Part shown: positions 46,143 through 60,084 of the stretch, piece by piece | How the letters are laid out: each line of letters starts with the position of its first letter | Numbering within the stretch: position 1 is the stretch's first letter | NCBI GenBank assembly: GCA_030390025.1 | Contig: CM059432.1 | Location: 72,046,001 to 72,110,000 of the forward strand | Reading direction: 5' to 3' | Length of the DNA stretch: 64,000 bases | DNA from: Squalus acanthias | Taxonomy: Eukaryota | The notes under the pieces: generated by a model | The model's input: the letters and a program-made list of their open reading frames with translations, nothing else | Databases searched by the model: none | What the model was told of the DNA's origin: nothing | Program-made: the position numbers and the translations under genes

Positions 46143-47562
46143 GGGGCTAAAAATTCATGTCTTCAGCGACACGAGATGGTGATAAAGCGCCTGCCACCAC
46201 TCTACCGCCAGCTGGTGGCAGTTCCAGTGGCAGGCACCATTTTTGAGTTGCCGGTATCGATGCCGGTAAATTCAATCGCTGGGGACATTTAAATCACTGA
46301 GATCATGACGTCAGTGAGTGGGCAACGCTCACTTGACGCCCGATCTCCTAATGTGGTTTTGGCCATTGCAGTTACCGGATGGAGAAAGCAACGACAGGTA
46401 GAGCTGGCGTGCTGCAGCAGGAAGCCGGCTCCAGCAACGATATTTAAAGGGATCATCACCAATCACTTGCACCTGACATGGTTTTGCAGTTTGAGTGGCT
46501 GTGTGCTACTTCCTGCAATTGCAAGAGTATTCTTTAGTTATTTGGTATCAGGGAGTGTTCTGGCAAGTACAATACTCATTCATGTAGTTTGAAGCGTTTC
46601 AAAAATAAACATATGCTAAAGGTCATGTACTGACTGTACTGACAGTTGACCTCGCCCTCCAGGATCTACGGCGGAGGGAGAGGAGGTAGCGAGAAAGACG
46701 GGAACATGTGTGCAGAGAGAGGAGGAGGGCCATCAGGGCTCTCAACAGGAGGCCTTACCCACCTAGGGTCTTCCGACAGCACTTCTCCTACCTCCAATTA
46801 AGCGAGAAGCAGTGTATTAGGAGATTCCGCTTCACCAAGGAGGTAGTCACAGAACTCTGCCACCTCCTGCAACCAAACCTCCAGCCTCAGACCAGGGTGA
46901 CCACAGCTCTCCCAGTGGCATTCAAAGTCGCCATGGCCCACAATTTCTTCACCAGCGGACCCTTCCAGTCTGCAACAGGAGATATATCTAACATCTCACA
47001 GTTCACCGCAGAAAAGGCAGGCGGCCTGGGACAGCTGTTCAGTGTACTCTTTTAAATTTGGGTGGTTAACCAGATGAACTGTAAATCAATAAAACTTTAA
47101 ATAAACCTTAACAAATTAAATTAAAATTTGGTAGCCCGGGGTGATGATGCACTCCAGTCCCCACGGCGCCCACCGGTCGCGGAAAAACTCAAGCGTGCCG
47201 GCGGACACCGAGCTGTTCAGTGTACTCTTTTGATTTGGGTGGTTAACCGAATAAACTGTAAATCAATAAAAACTTTAAATAAACCTTAACAAATTAAATT
47301 AAAATTTGGAAGTCCGGGGTGACGATGCACTCCAGTCCCCGCGGCGCCCACCGGTCGCGGAAAAACTCAAGCGTGCCGGCGGACACCGAGCTGTTCAGTG
47401 TAACGCCAATGAGCTTGAGTTTTAAGACTGTAATCATGACTAAAATCATGTTAATGATGAGTGAGCACGAACTTTGCATGCTAACTAGACCCTCTTCAGG
47501 TGACGTAGCTTAACCTTAGTTAGTCTAAACACTGCCCATTTCTTGGCTATATTGAATTTCTA
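46143..47562. mobile_element. Internally deleted Harbinger (family of 58330-62327)
   Basis: GGGGCTAAAAATT start, transposase 5' remnant (46620-47005), and a right end homologous to 62150-62327. Confidence 0.85.
47033..47402 (-). repeat. Two 178-bp tandem units resembling Tx1-like LINE 3' ends, bounded by three copies of AGCTGTTCAGTGTA
   Basis: Repeat starts at 47033, 47211 and 47389. The minus strand encodes SVSAGTLEFFRDRWAPRGLECIVTPDFQILI* followed by an AT-rich UTR. Confidence 0.7.
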
Positions 47563-49833
47563 TGAGTATAAGAATTTTGATTTAATCATTCCTTGCGAAG
47601 AATTAAACATTGCTCCAAATTTTCTTTGCTTTCAAAGGGGGAACTGGTCCACTAGTATAAACCAGTTATAAGTAGCTGGTCATGCCATTAAAGAGAGCAT
47701 TGTCTAAGACAAGATTTTTTCCCTCTAGTCTATTGGAAAAACTGTTGATTTAAAGCAGCAATTTAGATTGGGTAGCTACTTTATTGGCAAAACCCTCAGG
47801 CAGCATTGCAGTTAACCAATTACTGGCTAACAGATGGGAGGTACTGTGACCCTTGAATACAGTGGAAAGAATTGCACTCCAGGGATAGCAGAGCCTCATG
47901 TGGCTTGCAAGCTATATGTTGCCCACTTCTGTAATAGGCCATTACCTAGCAAGGTCAATGAAACAGTTTTAGATGCTCACAGCATCTAATACAATAGTGC
48001 AGTTAGTGATTGGTTAATAAATTAATATCTTGGCCAAATACTGAAACCAGCCAACTGGTATCAACGTGTAAAATTTTAATGCATTTTTATGGCTTTGGAC
48101 TTTTTTTCCTAAATCCTTCAGCCTTGCTACCTCTCTCCTGACCTTAACAACCTTCCTGAAAACCTACCTCTTTGACTATTTTTGGCTGCCTGCCCTAATT
48201 CTCTCTCTTTTTTCACGAAGTTCTGCAAACCCATTGTAAAGCACCTTGGGACATTTAATTAAGTGAAAGGTGCTATAAAAGTGAAAATTGTTGTTAAGTT
48301 TCAAGAACCTAGCAACAATCATCTCATAATCTTAAGAGCTTGAATTATGTGAAAATGTGTTATGTTAATGTTTTTCTCCAACAATGTCCCAATTATACTG
48401 CAAGTTTAGCATCAGTGCAACATAAGACCTTATTACAGATATTAGCACATGCATCCTTAATGTATTTGTTTGGAATTCCTGTCTGCTATTTTCATGGTGG
48501 TATTAACTAATTCATTTTAAACGGGTTGATGCCATTATAAAATAGGGGAAAGGGGAATTTAAGATCACCATGCTAAGCATTTGTACGCTTGTATCTCACA
48601 ACTTTAATTTCAGGGCCATAATCTTTTTTATCACTCTGATGCCAAACATGCGGGAGGGCTGTTGATAATGCAGAAGTGCAAGATGTGGCACTTGCAGCAA
48701 GGCAGCCTGGAAGAGTTGGTCTTGCACCACTGGCAATGTGATTTACATTTCAACTATAAAAAGAATTCAGAGGGTTTCCTTACCACCTTTTTATTTCTAA
48801 CAATTGAAAATAACTCACTGCCCAGTCAGTTGTTTCCAATCATTAGAAATCTCACTGGCAGTAAGAGGGCAGGTGATCAGAACATATGCATAGAGTACTG
48901 GAATCCCTTACTGGTCAGCAATGTAGGTATAACTCTGGTAATCTGCTTGCAGTGCTGTTAAAAATAGTGTTAAGGATACTCATATTTCATTTGCCATACC
49001 AATGAATCACTTTTAACATGCTAATGCTTTTAACAATTCAACTGTAACACCCATTCTTTTGTTGTTAATGATATACTCTTAATTAAAGCTTTTACTTTTT
49101 GTTAAATCTCTGTAGATCTCTTTGAATTAGGTCTTGCACGCTGCAGGCTGTGTTGCTTTTTTGGCATCATCTGCATGTTTAAGTAGTCCACTTACTACAT
49201 CAATCATATAACTACTTCATTAACTCTGAAAGATCCTCAAAGAATTCCAAGGAATTTATTAGACATAACCAATATTTCATAAAACCATGTTAGATTGGTT
49301 TTAATGCTCTTGCTCTTGCTAGATGCTCATGAATTATTTTCTTTTATTAAACTAACATTTTTATTCACCATACAGGTCATGTTTACATGCCTTTAGTTCT
49401 TAGCATTATACTTGTGGGCTTTTAAAAATATATATAGGATCCATATTAGCGAGGTTCTATTACTATTATTGTCTTCTGGTACTTTAATGACATTTGGGGG
49501 GAGAGGAGGATTTGTCGGCAATGGGCTGCTATCGTTTTTGAGCTCCTGAGGAGTGCTTCTGTTCCTCTGAGTCAAACAAAAATCTCCCCCAGAAATTTCC
49601 CAGTGCTGGTCAGGCCGCTCAATGCCTGGAACGAATGGCCCTCGCATACGTGGTATACGCTCCACCCACTTGTACCTGACAATGGCAATTGGGTTCCTAC
49701 AACAGGCATAGGACAGGGGTTTGCATATTTAAACAGCCTCCTACCTGTTTTGAGTGAGAGTGTTGGGCGCCAATTTAAAGGCCTGCCTGAAAATTGAATT
49801 ATGCGGGCCTTGGGTGTCAAAGGGGTGTCCAAG

Positions 49834-51345
49834 TTTTTTTTATTCATTCATGGGATGTGGGCATCGCTGGCAAGGCCAGCATTTATTGCCCATCCCTAAT
49901 TGCCCTTGAGAAGGTGGTGGTGAGCCGCCTTCTTGAACCGCTGCAGTCTGTGTGGTGAAGGTAATCCCACAGTGCTGTAAGGGAGGGAGTTCCAGGATCT
50001 TGACCCAGCGACGGTGAAGGAACAGCAATATATTTCCAAGTCAGGATGGTGTGTGACTTGGAGGGGAACTTGGAGGTGGTGGTGTTCCCATGCGCTTGCT
50101 GCCCTTGTCCTTCTAGGTGGTAGGGCTCGCGGGTTTGGGAGGAGCTGCCAAAGAAGCCTTGGCGAGTTGCTGCAGTGCATCGTGTAGATGGTACACACTG
50201 CAGCCATGGTGCATCGGTGGTGAAGGGAGTGAATGTTTAAGGTGGTGGATGGGGTGCCAAACAAGCGGGCTGCTTTGTTCTGGATGGTGTTGAGCTTCTT
50301 GAGTGTTGTTGGAGCTGCATTCATCCAGGCAAGTGGAGAGTATTCCATCACACTCCTGACTTGTGCCTTGTAGATGGTGGAAAGGCTTTGTGGAGTCAGG
50401 TGGTGAGTCACTCGCCTCAGAATACCCAGCTTCTGACCTGGTCTTGGAGCCACAGTATTTATGTGGGTGGTCCAGTTAAGTTTCTCGTTAATGGTGACCC
50501 CCAGGATGTTGATGGTGGGAGATTCGGTGATGGTAATGCCTTTAAATATCAAGAGGTGGTGGTTAGACTCTCTCTTGTTGGAGAGAGTCATTGCCTGGCA
50601 CTTGTGTGGCGCGAATGTTACTTGCCACTTATCAGCCCAAGCCTAAATGTTGTCCAGGTCTTGCTGCATGCAGGCATGGACTGCTTCATTATTTGAGGAG
50701 TTGCGAATGGAAGTGAACACTGTGCAATCATCAGCGACCGTCCCCACTTCTGACCTTATGATGGAGGCAAGGTTATTGATAAAGCAGCTGAAGATGGTTG
50801 GGCTAGGACACTGCCCTGAGGAATTCCTGCAGTGATGTCCTGGGGCTGAGATGATTGACCTCTAACCACCACAACCATCTTCCTTTGTGCTAGGTATGAC
50901 TCCAGCCAGTGGAGCGATTTCCCCCTGATTCCCATTGACTTCAATTTTACTAGGGCTGCTTGATGCCACACTCGGTCAAATGCTGCCTTGATGTCAAGGG
51001 CAGTCACTCTCACCTCATCTCTGGAATTCATGTCTTTTTTCCATATTTGGACCAAGGCTGTAATGCGGTCTGGAGCTGAGTGATCCTGCCTGAATCCAAA
51101 CTGAGCATCGGTGAGCAGGTTATTGGTGAGTAAGTGCCAATTGCTAGCACTGCCGATGACACCTTCCATCACTTTGCTGATGATTGAGAGTAGACTGATG
51201 GGGTGGTAATTGGTCGGATTGGATTTGTCCTGCTTTGTGTGGACAGGACATACCTGGGCAATTTTCCACATTGTCGGGTAGATGCCAGTGTTGTAGCTGT
51301 ACTGGAACAGCTTGGCTAGAGGCGCGGCTAGTTCGAGAGCCCATC
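49834..51345 (-). mobile_element. 5'-truncated non-LTR retrotransposon (CR1/Jockey-group RT)
   Basis: WKIAQVCPVH..NYHPISLLS, ALDIKAAFDRVWH, IPQGSVL and YKAQVRSVMEY, with an ATGAATGAATAAAAAA tail. Confidence 0.88.
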
Positions 51346-53180
51346 TTAATTTTCTTTTGGCAGTCGCCTAGTTTCCAAGAAAACAATAAATGAGCAGCAG
51401 TTGAAAATCACCCACAGTGTAATCTGTTTACCAACACTTACACAAAAAATTAACTGTTCATTCATATAGTTTGCTATTTGCAGGAGCATGCAAATTGACT
51501 GTTGCATTTCCCTAAACAACAGCAGTGAATGCGCTTCAAAAGTAATCCATTGGATGTGCTTTGGGGGGTCCTGACGATGTGATAAGGTGCTATATAAATG
51601 CAAGTTCTTTCTTGTATGCATAGTAGAATCATATCAATTATTATAAACTATGACAATAAAACAAATTAACCCCTGTAGTGGCACCTTTTACAATTAAAAG
51701 ACCATATGCATCAGGTCGATAAGCAAGCAATGACTGGCTTATACATTTGCCTGTCATTTGTCTACACAAAATCTAGCAAATTTATTGTTTTCTTTTTTAC
51801 TTCTCCCTCCAAGTTTCTCCCTTTGTCATGCTGGAATATTGCAGCAAAGGCACCAGCCATTCTCCATATGTTGACAGGCTCTTTTACCACAGAGGTCACC
51901 ATAGCTAAGCCTGACCCTAAGGTTCACCGACACGTACGCATCTTACAGCAGATGTCACTGGATAGTAATCAGGAGTGGGCAAAGGTGGTTGATTTCTTTC
52001 TCCCCTCCCTAGCCCGAGGCCACTAAGGTCAATTGTAATACCCCTACTGCTGAGATCACCTAGCATAAATCATCCTGATCAAACCAACGATTTGGAGAAC
52101 TGTAAATGCATTGTTGATATGATTTTATTTTAATAGTACTAAACTGTTCTGAAGAAACAGATTTTATACACTCAATAACAATGTATTTAGAGATGTGCTG
52201 CAACAATCCTGAGGTAGATTCTGATAAAATATTTATTCTGGTGCAATTCCTAACAAGTTCACTGTCAGTCATGTACGAGTACAGTGAATAAACTGGCTTT
52301 GTACAAGTCAGGTCCTGCTGTGGTGTGGATGATTAACTCAGGAGTTAGTTTAAGATAAAAAATGTATTTAAAAACCATCAAATACATCAAGGTAATAGTT
52401 GATACCCTTGGGTACCTACATGATACCACATAATAAGTGAACCTGACTACAAAATATACGAACAGCGAATTGTAGATAGCAGTGTTTAACATATGGGAGC
52501 TGATAATGGGATCCTTGTGGTGCATACCAGGGTCAGTGTTGTTCAGGCCATTTTGTGCACCACACGAATGCCCATAAAAGCAAGGTCAGCTCATTTATTT
52601 TTTTTACTCCTGGCAAATAGCACATGATGTGCTGGGAGTTATGGGGTGTTGGGGTGGGGTGGAAAATGAAACTTTGAGTGCCAGCAGCCAGTGAAGGGTT
52701 GCTAGTTACCTGACCATTGCTGCTATTATTTTACATTTTACCGCCCACTGGGGACTTAAGTCCTCTTTCTGTATCTGGCTGTTCAAGACCGAAAAAACAA
52801 TTGTAAAAATTAAGAGTGGCCCGATATAATGAAGGGGCCCCCTGCGGCAATATTCCTTCCCCTCAGCATCCCTGAAGTGTCAATTCCAACTGAGTGGTTA
52901 GGAAGACACCCCGATTTAAATTGTGAAGCCTTATTGAGCCTTTGAGCAGGCTCTGCTCACTGGCAGCACTTCAGTCCCACAGAGAAACTGAGCACATTTG
53001 GGCACATGGTGCCTCGGACTTCTACGCCTGTTAATATGGGGAGCTGTAGCCTGAATCACTTCAGTTTATTGGGTGCCCACCCTCGAATTGTTGGTCCAAT
53101 GGTATAAACATCTTCAAAAATGCGTGAATGTTCTTAATGATTATCAATGGAATCATTCTGTATAAAAGTAAATAATTGAG

Positions 53181-56019
53181 ATAGAAGCATAGACATAGAA
53201 GATAGGAGCAGGAGTAGGCCATTCGGCCCCTCGAGCCTGCTCCACCATTCAATGCGATCATGGCTGATCATCCAAATTCAGTACACTGTCCCTGCTTTCT
53301 CACCATATCCCTTGGTCCCTTTACCCTTAAGAAATATATCTAACTCCTTCTTGAATATATTTAATGATTTGGCCTCAACTGCCTTCTGTGGTAGAGAATT
53401 CCACAGGTTCACCACTCTCTGGGTGAAGAAATTCCTCCTCATCTCAGTCCTAAATGGCTTACCCCTTATCCTTAGACTGTGACCTCTGGTTCTGGAGTCC
53501 CCCGCCATCGGGAACATCCTTCCTGCATCTAGTCTGTCTAGTCCTGTTGGAATTTTATAAGTTTCAATGAGATCCCCTCTCATTCTTCTAAACTCTAGCA
53601 AATATAAGCCTAATTGAGCCAATCTCTCTTCATACGTCATTCCTGCCATCCCAGGTATCAGTCTGGTGAATCTTCGCTGCACTCCCTCCATGGCAAGAAC
53701 ATCCTTTCTCAGATAAGGCGACCAAAACTGCACACAATACTCAAGGTGTGGTCTCACCAAGGCCCTGTACAACTGCAGCAAGATATCCTTGCTCCTGTAC
53801 TCGAATCCTCTCGCTATGAAGGCCAACATACCATTTGCCTTCTTAACCGCCTGCTGCACCTGCATGCTTACCTTCAGCGACTGGTGCACAAGGACACCCA
53901 GGTCTCGTTGCACTTCCACTTTTCCCAATCTATTGCCGTTCAGATAATAACCTGTCTTCCTGTTTTTGCCACCAAAGTGGATAACCTCGCATTTATCCAC
54001 ATTATACTGCATCTGCCATGCATCTGCCCAATCACCCAACCTGTCCAAATCATACTGGAGTTTCTCTGCATCCTCCTCACAGCACACACGCCCACTCAGC
54101 TTTGTGTCGTCAGCAAACTTGGAGATATTACATCTAGTTCCCTCATCTAGATCATTAATATATATTGTGAATAGCTGGGGTCCTAGCACCGATCCCTGCA
54201 GTACCCCACTAGTCACTGCCTGCCACTCGGAAAAAGACCCATTTATTCCAACCCTTTGCTTCCTGTCTGCCAACCAGTTCTCTATCCAAGTCAGTACGTT
54301 ACACCCAATCCCATGTGCTTTAACTTTACACGCCAATCTCTTATGCGGAACCTTATCAAAAGCCTTCTGAAAGTCTAAATACACCACATCCACTGGTTCT
54401 CCCTTATCTATTCTACCAGTTACATCCTCAAAAAATTCCAGTAGATTAGTCAAGCATGATTTACCTTTTGTAAATCCATGTTGACTTTGTCTAATCCTGT
54501 CACTGTTTTCCAAGTGCTCTGCTATTACATCTTTTATAATGGACTCTAGCATTTTCCCCACTATCGATGTCAGGCTTACCCCGCCAACTCGCGCCTCATA
54601 CCATCGTAGTTTCCTTTATTTAAATTCAGGACCGCAGTCTCTGAGTCAACTACTTCACTCTCCATCTTAATGAAGAATTCTATCATATTATGATCGCTCC
54701 TTCCCAAGGGGCCTCGCACAACAAGATTGCTAATTAATCCTTTCTCATTACATAATACCCAGTCTAAGATGGCCTGATCGCCAGTTGGTTCCTCAACATA
54801 TTGATCCAGGAAACCATCCCGTATACACTCTAGGAATTCCTCCTCCACAGTATTGTTACTAATTTGGTTAGCCTAATCTATATGTAGATTGAAGTCACCC
54901 ATGATGACTGCTGTGCCCTTATTGCATGCTTCTCTAATTTTCCATTTAATGCCATCCCCAACCTCAGCATTACTGTTTGGGGGTCTGTATACAACTCCCA
55001 CTAATGTTTTCTGCCCCTTGGTATTTCTCAGCTCTACCCATACAGATTCTACATCATCAGAGCTAATATCCTTCCTTACTATTGTGTTAATCTCCTCTTT
55101 AACCAGCAATGCTACCCCACCTCCTTTTCCTTTTTGTCTGTCCTTCCTGAATATTGAATACCCCTGGATGTTGAATTCCCAGCCTTGGTCACCCTGGAGC
55201 CATGTCTCCGTAATCCCAATTATATCATATCCGTTTACATCCATTTGTGCAGCTAATTCATCCACCTTATTACGAATGCTCCTCGCATTAAGACACAAAG
55301 CCCTCAGGCTTGTTTTTTTAACACTCTTAGTCCTTTTAGAATTATTATTTATTGTGGCCCTGTTTGATTTACACCCTTAATTTCTCTGCCTTCCACTTTT
55401 GCTTTTGTCCTTCCTGTCTTTTGTTTCTATCCTTGCTTCCCTTTCCTCTGTCTCCCTGCACAGGTTCCCAACCCCCTGCCATTTTAGTTTAAACCCTCCC
55501 CAAGAGCACTAGCAAACACTCCCCCTGGGACATCGGTCCCGGTCCTGGTCCTGCCCAGGTGCAAACCGTCCAGTTTGTACTGGTCCCACCTCCCCCAGAA
55601 CTGGTTCTAATGTCCCAGGAATTTGAATCCCTCCCCCTTGCACCATTCCTCTATCCATGTATTCATCTGAAATATCCTTCTATTTCTACTCTGACTAGCA
55701 CGTGGCACTGGTAGCAATCCTGAGATTACCGCCTTTGAGGTCCTATTTTTTAAATTTACCTCCTAACTCCCTATATTCAGCTTTTAGGACCTCATCCCAT
55801 TTTTTACCTATATCGTTGGTACCTATATGCACCACGACAACTCCCTCCCCCTCCAGAATGCCCTGCAGCCGCTCAGAGACATCCTTGACCCTTGCACCAG
55901 GAAGGCAACATACCATCCTGGAGTCTCGTTTGTGGCCGCAGAAACGCCTATCTATTCCCCTTACAATAGAATCCCCTATCACTATAGCTCTCCCGCTCTT
56001 TTTCCTCCCGTCCTGTGCA
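53181..56019 (-). mobile_element. CR1 LINE (partial ORF1, ORF2 with internal deletion near 54575, intact 3' end)
   Basis: ORF1 IGDSIVRG/CCLPGARVKD; APE CLNARSI, ITETWL, GDFN and SDH; RT region open for 427 aa. Confidence 0.95.
53278..54561 (-). pseudogene. CR1 ORF2 reverse transcriptase region, open frame
   Basis: QHGFTKGKSCLTNL, YLDFQKAFD, QGSVLGP and KFADDTK. Confidence 0.92.
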
Positions 56020-56269
56020 CGATGAAACTAAATATGGTGAGACAGCATCATCGAATAACTTCTTGAGTGTTATACTTTAGTTCATGCAATTTAGAGAATT
56101 TCACTACTTTCTAAAATGGAGTAAATAATTGTAACCACAAGTGTGCTATAAAAAGAATAGGTGGCCTGGTAGTGTTTTACAGTAGCTAGGTGAAAAAACA
56201 TATTACAATAAAAGCAAAATACCACAGATGCTGGAAATCTGAAAAAGAAACAGAAAATGCTGGATATAC

Positions 56270-56570
56270 CAGAGGACAGATATTCAAGGTGATTGGCAGA
56301 AGAACCAAAGGCGACATGAGGAAAAACTTTTTTATGCAGCGAGTGGTTCGGATCTGGAATGCACTACCTGAGAGGGTGGTGGAGGCAGATTCAATCATGG
56401 CTTTCAAAAGGGAATTGGATAAGTACCTGAGGGGAAAAAATTTGCAGGGCTACGGGGAAAGGACCGGGGAGTGGGACTAGCTGAAGTGCTCTTGCAGAGA
56501 GCTGGCACGGGCTCGACGGGCCAAATGGCCTCCGTCTGTGCTGTAATTATTCTATGATTCTATGATTCTA
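56270..56570 (+). mobile_element. CR1 3' fragment inserted into a short repeat (56210-56630, possibly Penelope-derived)
   Basis: FFMQRVVRIWNALP, a (TTCTATGA)n tail, and ATATAC on both flanks. Confidence 0.8.
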
Positions 56571-56762
56571 TATACGGAGCAGGTCAGGCAGCATCTGCAG
56601 AGAGAGAAACAGAGTTAATGTTTCAGGTGTTGAGCTTTTATCAGACCGATCATATTATAATACTCCATCACCACCAATTACCATCTTCAGATTTGATGAT
56701 AATTCAACTCAAATCAAGTGCTAGAGGAGATATATTTTTTTTTAAAACACATTTAATATGTT

Positions 56763-57520
56763 GGCCCATATTTTGCTGTAGCAGGGCATCTAATGGTGTC
56801 TGCTGTTAGTTGGACTTCTTTATGCATGTTTAGAATTTAAACATTGCAAGTTGCTGAAAGTGTGAGCTGATAACGTCACAGTGAGGGAAACCGGGCATCT
56901 GGGACCTGAGTGAACTGGGAAAGCAACTGTGCATCTCCTCAACTAATCAGATTGAAGGATTGAGAAATAAACAGCAGAAGGACTGAGAAGGAAGTATAAA
57001 TTAGACTGTGTGAATTTAATGTCAAATCAGGTACAGAAAGAGAAATAAAGAGGAGGGAAAGAAAGATTAGCTTAAGAGAGAGAAAAAAGAGACACAACGG
57101 AAAAGTAAAAAAAATTAAATTTGACATTTTTAAATCTCCAACAACAATTAATACCTGAAAGAATGATACTCCACACTTAAATTGTTCATTTCAGTGCCAG
57201 AGAAGAGGAGTGGCAGTAATTAACAATAATCGCGTTGTTAAAAGGGTGCTTACACTTGTAATTACTAGACTTAACTTTCTGTGGCGAGTTTAGTTTGTAT
57301 CTACTGTGTAAATACAGCAATTTCACACCATTCAATGCATTTCAATTGTGAGGCAGACGCAAGATGCCGGTTTCACGATGCTAATGGTGAAGCATCGCAA
57401 CTCGGACAGCAACTTATGGATGTTCACATTTAACCACGCACCTGCCCAGTGCCGAAGTTGCTGTACCTTCTGCGTATAAATAACAGCGAGCGCCGTTATT
57501 TTGACAGCAAAATCTGGCCC
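56763..57520. mobile_element. MITE with Harbinger-like TIRs
   Basis: GGCCCATATTTTGCTG versus CAGCAAAATCTGGCCC (14/16 inverted match). No clear TSD. Confidence 0.6.
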
Positions 57521-58809
57521 AATAAGTGTGATAACAAAATACTTCCTTTTTTTGTTGTCTTTCCCAATATCTTGATTGTATTGGCAAAATTGAGAACATG
57601 TGGTAATTCTACCAACCCAACCCATAATCCACCTACCCAGCAGGTGAAACATTACCACCGATAGAGGATCTAAATGCTAAATGGCTCGCCCTCGCAGAGG
57701 CTACTGTAATACTCGGCAGTGCAACACCCCCCTCCAGAAAATCACATCATTGATTTTGTAGAAACAAGGTTGTTTGGTAGCAATGTGATTTGTTTTCATT
57801 TTTCCACTCTTAGCGAAGGAGATGTGATTTGAAGACTTACACGATGTAGGTTTCTTAAGATGCTGGTAGTCTGTTACCATCACATAGCAGAAAAAAGGCT
57901 CTTTCCGCAGTTACGAGTCTGGGCCTGCTTCATATCAGCTTCTGTGATGGCAAGAGAAAACTATACTGCAAAATGTGTTTGCCAGATTTCAGATTACCTT
58001 GCATGCACTATAAAAAAGTGTCCTGAGTGATTAATGTAACATTTGTTTCACTGACTTTTAATTTTTTTGAAGACAATGTTTCAATAAAATATTTACATCA
58101 GAACCTGTTCCCATTGCATATCAGCTTTATACAGTGGACAGTGTCTATCAATCTTTGAATTCTATCAGTCTCTGAGATAATGCAATTGGATCTTGCAGCT
58201 GTTTCTTTCAGATCAAGGCCAACAAAGATGACATGTAATCCATCAGCAAAGATGACATGTAATCCATCATCAACACCAAAAGCTATCTAATACACATTCT
58301 GTATTCTTGACAGTTTGTTTAAATATGAAGGGGGAGAAATTAGTGTGTTTAGCGCCATGAGATGGCGCTAAAACGCCGGTCGGCACTCTACCGCCAGCTG
58401 ATGGCAGTTCCAGCGGCGCACGCCATATCCAAGTTGCCGGTAGCGTTGCCGCAAAACAATCTCGCCGGGGGCATCGCAATCACGGAGATCATGACGTCAG
58501 TGCATGTTGACGCCCGATCTCAAAACTTCGTTTTGGCCATTGCAGTTACCGGCTGGAGAAAGCAATGACAGGTCAAGGTGGCGTGCAGCAGCAGGAAGCC
58601 AGCTTCAGTGACGATATTTAATGGGATTATCACCAATCACTCGCACCTGACAGGGTTTTGCAGTTTGAGTGGCTGTGCGCTACTTCCTGCAACTGCAAGA
58701 GTTTTCTTCAGTCATTTCAAGGCTAGTTGGTATCAGGGAGTGTTCTGGCAAGTACAAAACTCCATCATTATTTTTGAAACGCTTCAACCTACAACACTTG
58801 TTAAAAGTC

Positions 58810-59910
58810 ATGGGGCTATATTGGCAGTCGACCTCGCCCTCCAGAATCTACGGCAGAGGCAGTGAAAAAGACGGGAACATTTGTGCACAGGGAGTAAGGC
58901 CATCAGGGTCTTCCGACAGCACTTCTCCTACCTCCAATTAAGTGAGGAGCAGTGTCTTAGGAGGCTCCGCTTCACCAAGGAGGTCGTCACAGAACTCTGC
59001 CACCTCCTAAATCCAGACCTGCAGCCTCAGAGCAGGACGACCACGGCTCTCCCAGTGGCCCTCAAGGTCACCGTGGCCCTCAATTTCTTTGCCAGTGGAT
59101 CCTTAAAGTCTGCAGCAGGAGACATATCTAACATCTCAGTTAGCTGTCCATCAGCACATCCGGGAGGTCACTGAGGCTCGCTACACCAAGAGAAGGGATT
59201 ACATTGGCTTCCCGATCACCAGAGAGATGTAGGACGAGAGTGCATGTGGCTTTGCCTGGATAGAGGGCTTCCCCATGGTGCAGGGTGCCATTGACTGCAC
59301 CCACGTGGCTTTGCGGCACCATATACCAATCCTGAGATTTTCCATAACTACAAAAGCTACCACTCACTTAATGTGCAGTTGGTCTGCGACCACACACAGT
59401 GAATCCTCAATGTCAATGCCCGCTATCCTGGCAGCAGCCACGATGCCTTCATCCAGTGCCAGAACGGTGTGCCAGACCGGTGTGCCAGCACTCTTGCAAC
59501 CACCACGTCAAGCTCTAGGGTGGCTGCTCGGAGACCAGGGCTATCCGCTCTCCACCTGGCTCATGACTCCCCTCCGCAACCCTGACACTCATGCCCAGCA
59601 CTCATATAATGAGAGCCATGCTGCCACCAGAAACATCATCGAGCAGAAGGCTTATTGAAGCAACGGTTCCGCTGCCTTGACCGCTCGGGAGGAGCCCTCC
59701 AATACTCGGCTGAATGGATGTCTCATTTTGTGGTGGTCTGCTGCATGCTCCACAACTTGGCCATCATGAGGGCACAGCCCTTGCCACCAGGGACTGCGGG
59801 ACACCTCAGGAGGACGACGAGGAAGAGGAGGAAGGGAGGAGGCAGCCAGACAATTGGCCTTCCAGATGGGCTGTCCATAACCGGCTCATCAGACTCTGAT
59901 TCGCATGATT
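58810..59910 (+). pseudogene. Harbinger transposase pseudogene
   Basis: RLRFTKEVVTEL, GAIDCTH, LLGDQGY, RNIIEQ and CCMLHN across frames. Confidence 0.9.
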
Positions 59911-60084
59911 GAAACCCCAGATTCCCGCAGCTCACCACATTCCCATCATACCATCCCTGTCTCACGCTATATCACAGCATCCTCCTGGGTGCAAAGTTGA
60001 AATGAGAGACACCATAAAGCTTCCAAACACAATTAATAAATTTATCTATATTCATCTGACATATATTTGCATGAACACTATTAA

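Noticed and set aside
57838..57945. Host exon on the minus strand (acceptor CACAG, donor GTAAGT)
   Set aside because: All three frames contain stops and I recognise no protein. It cannot be supported without RNA data.
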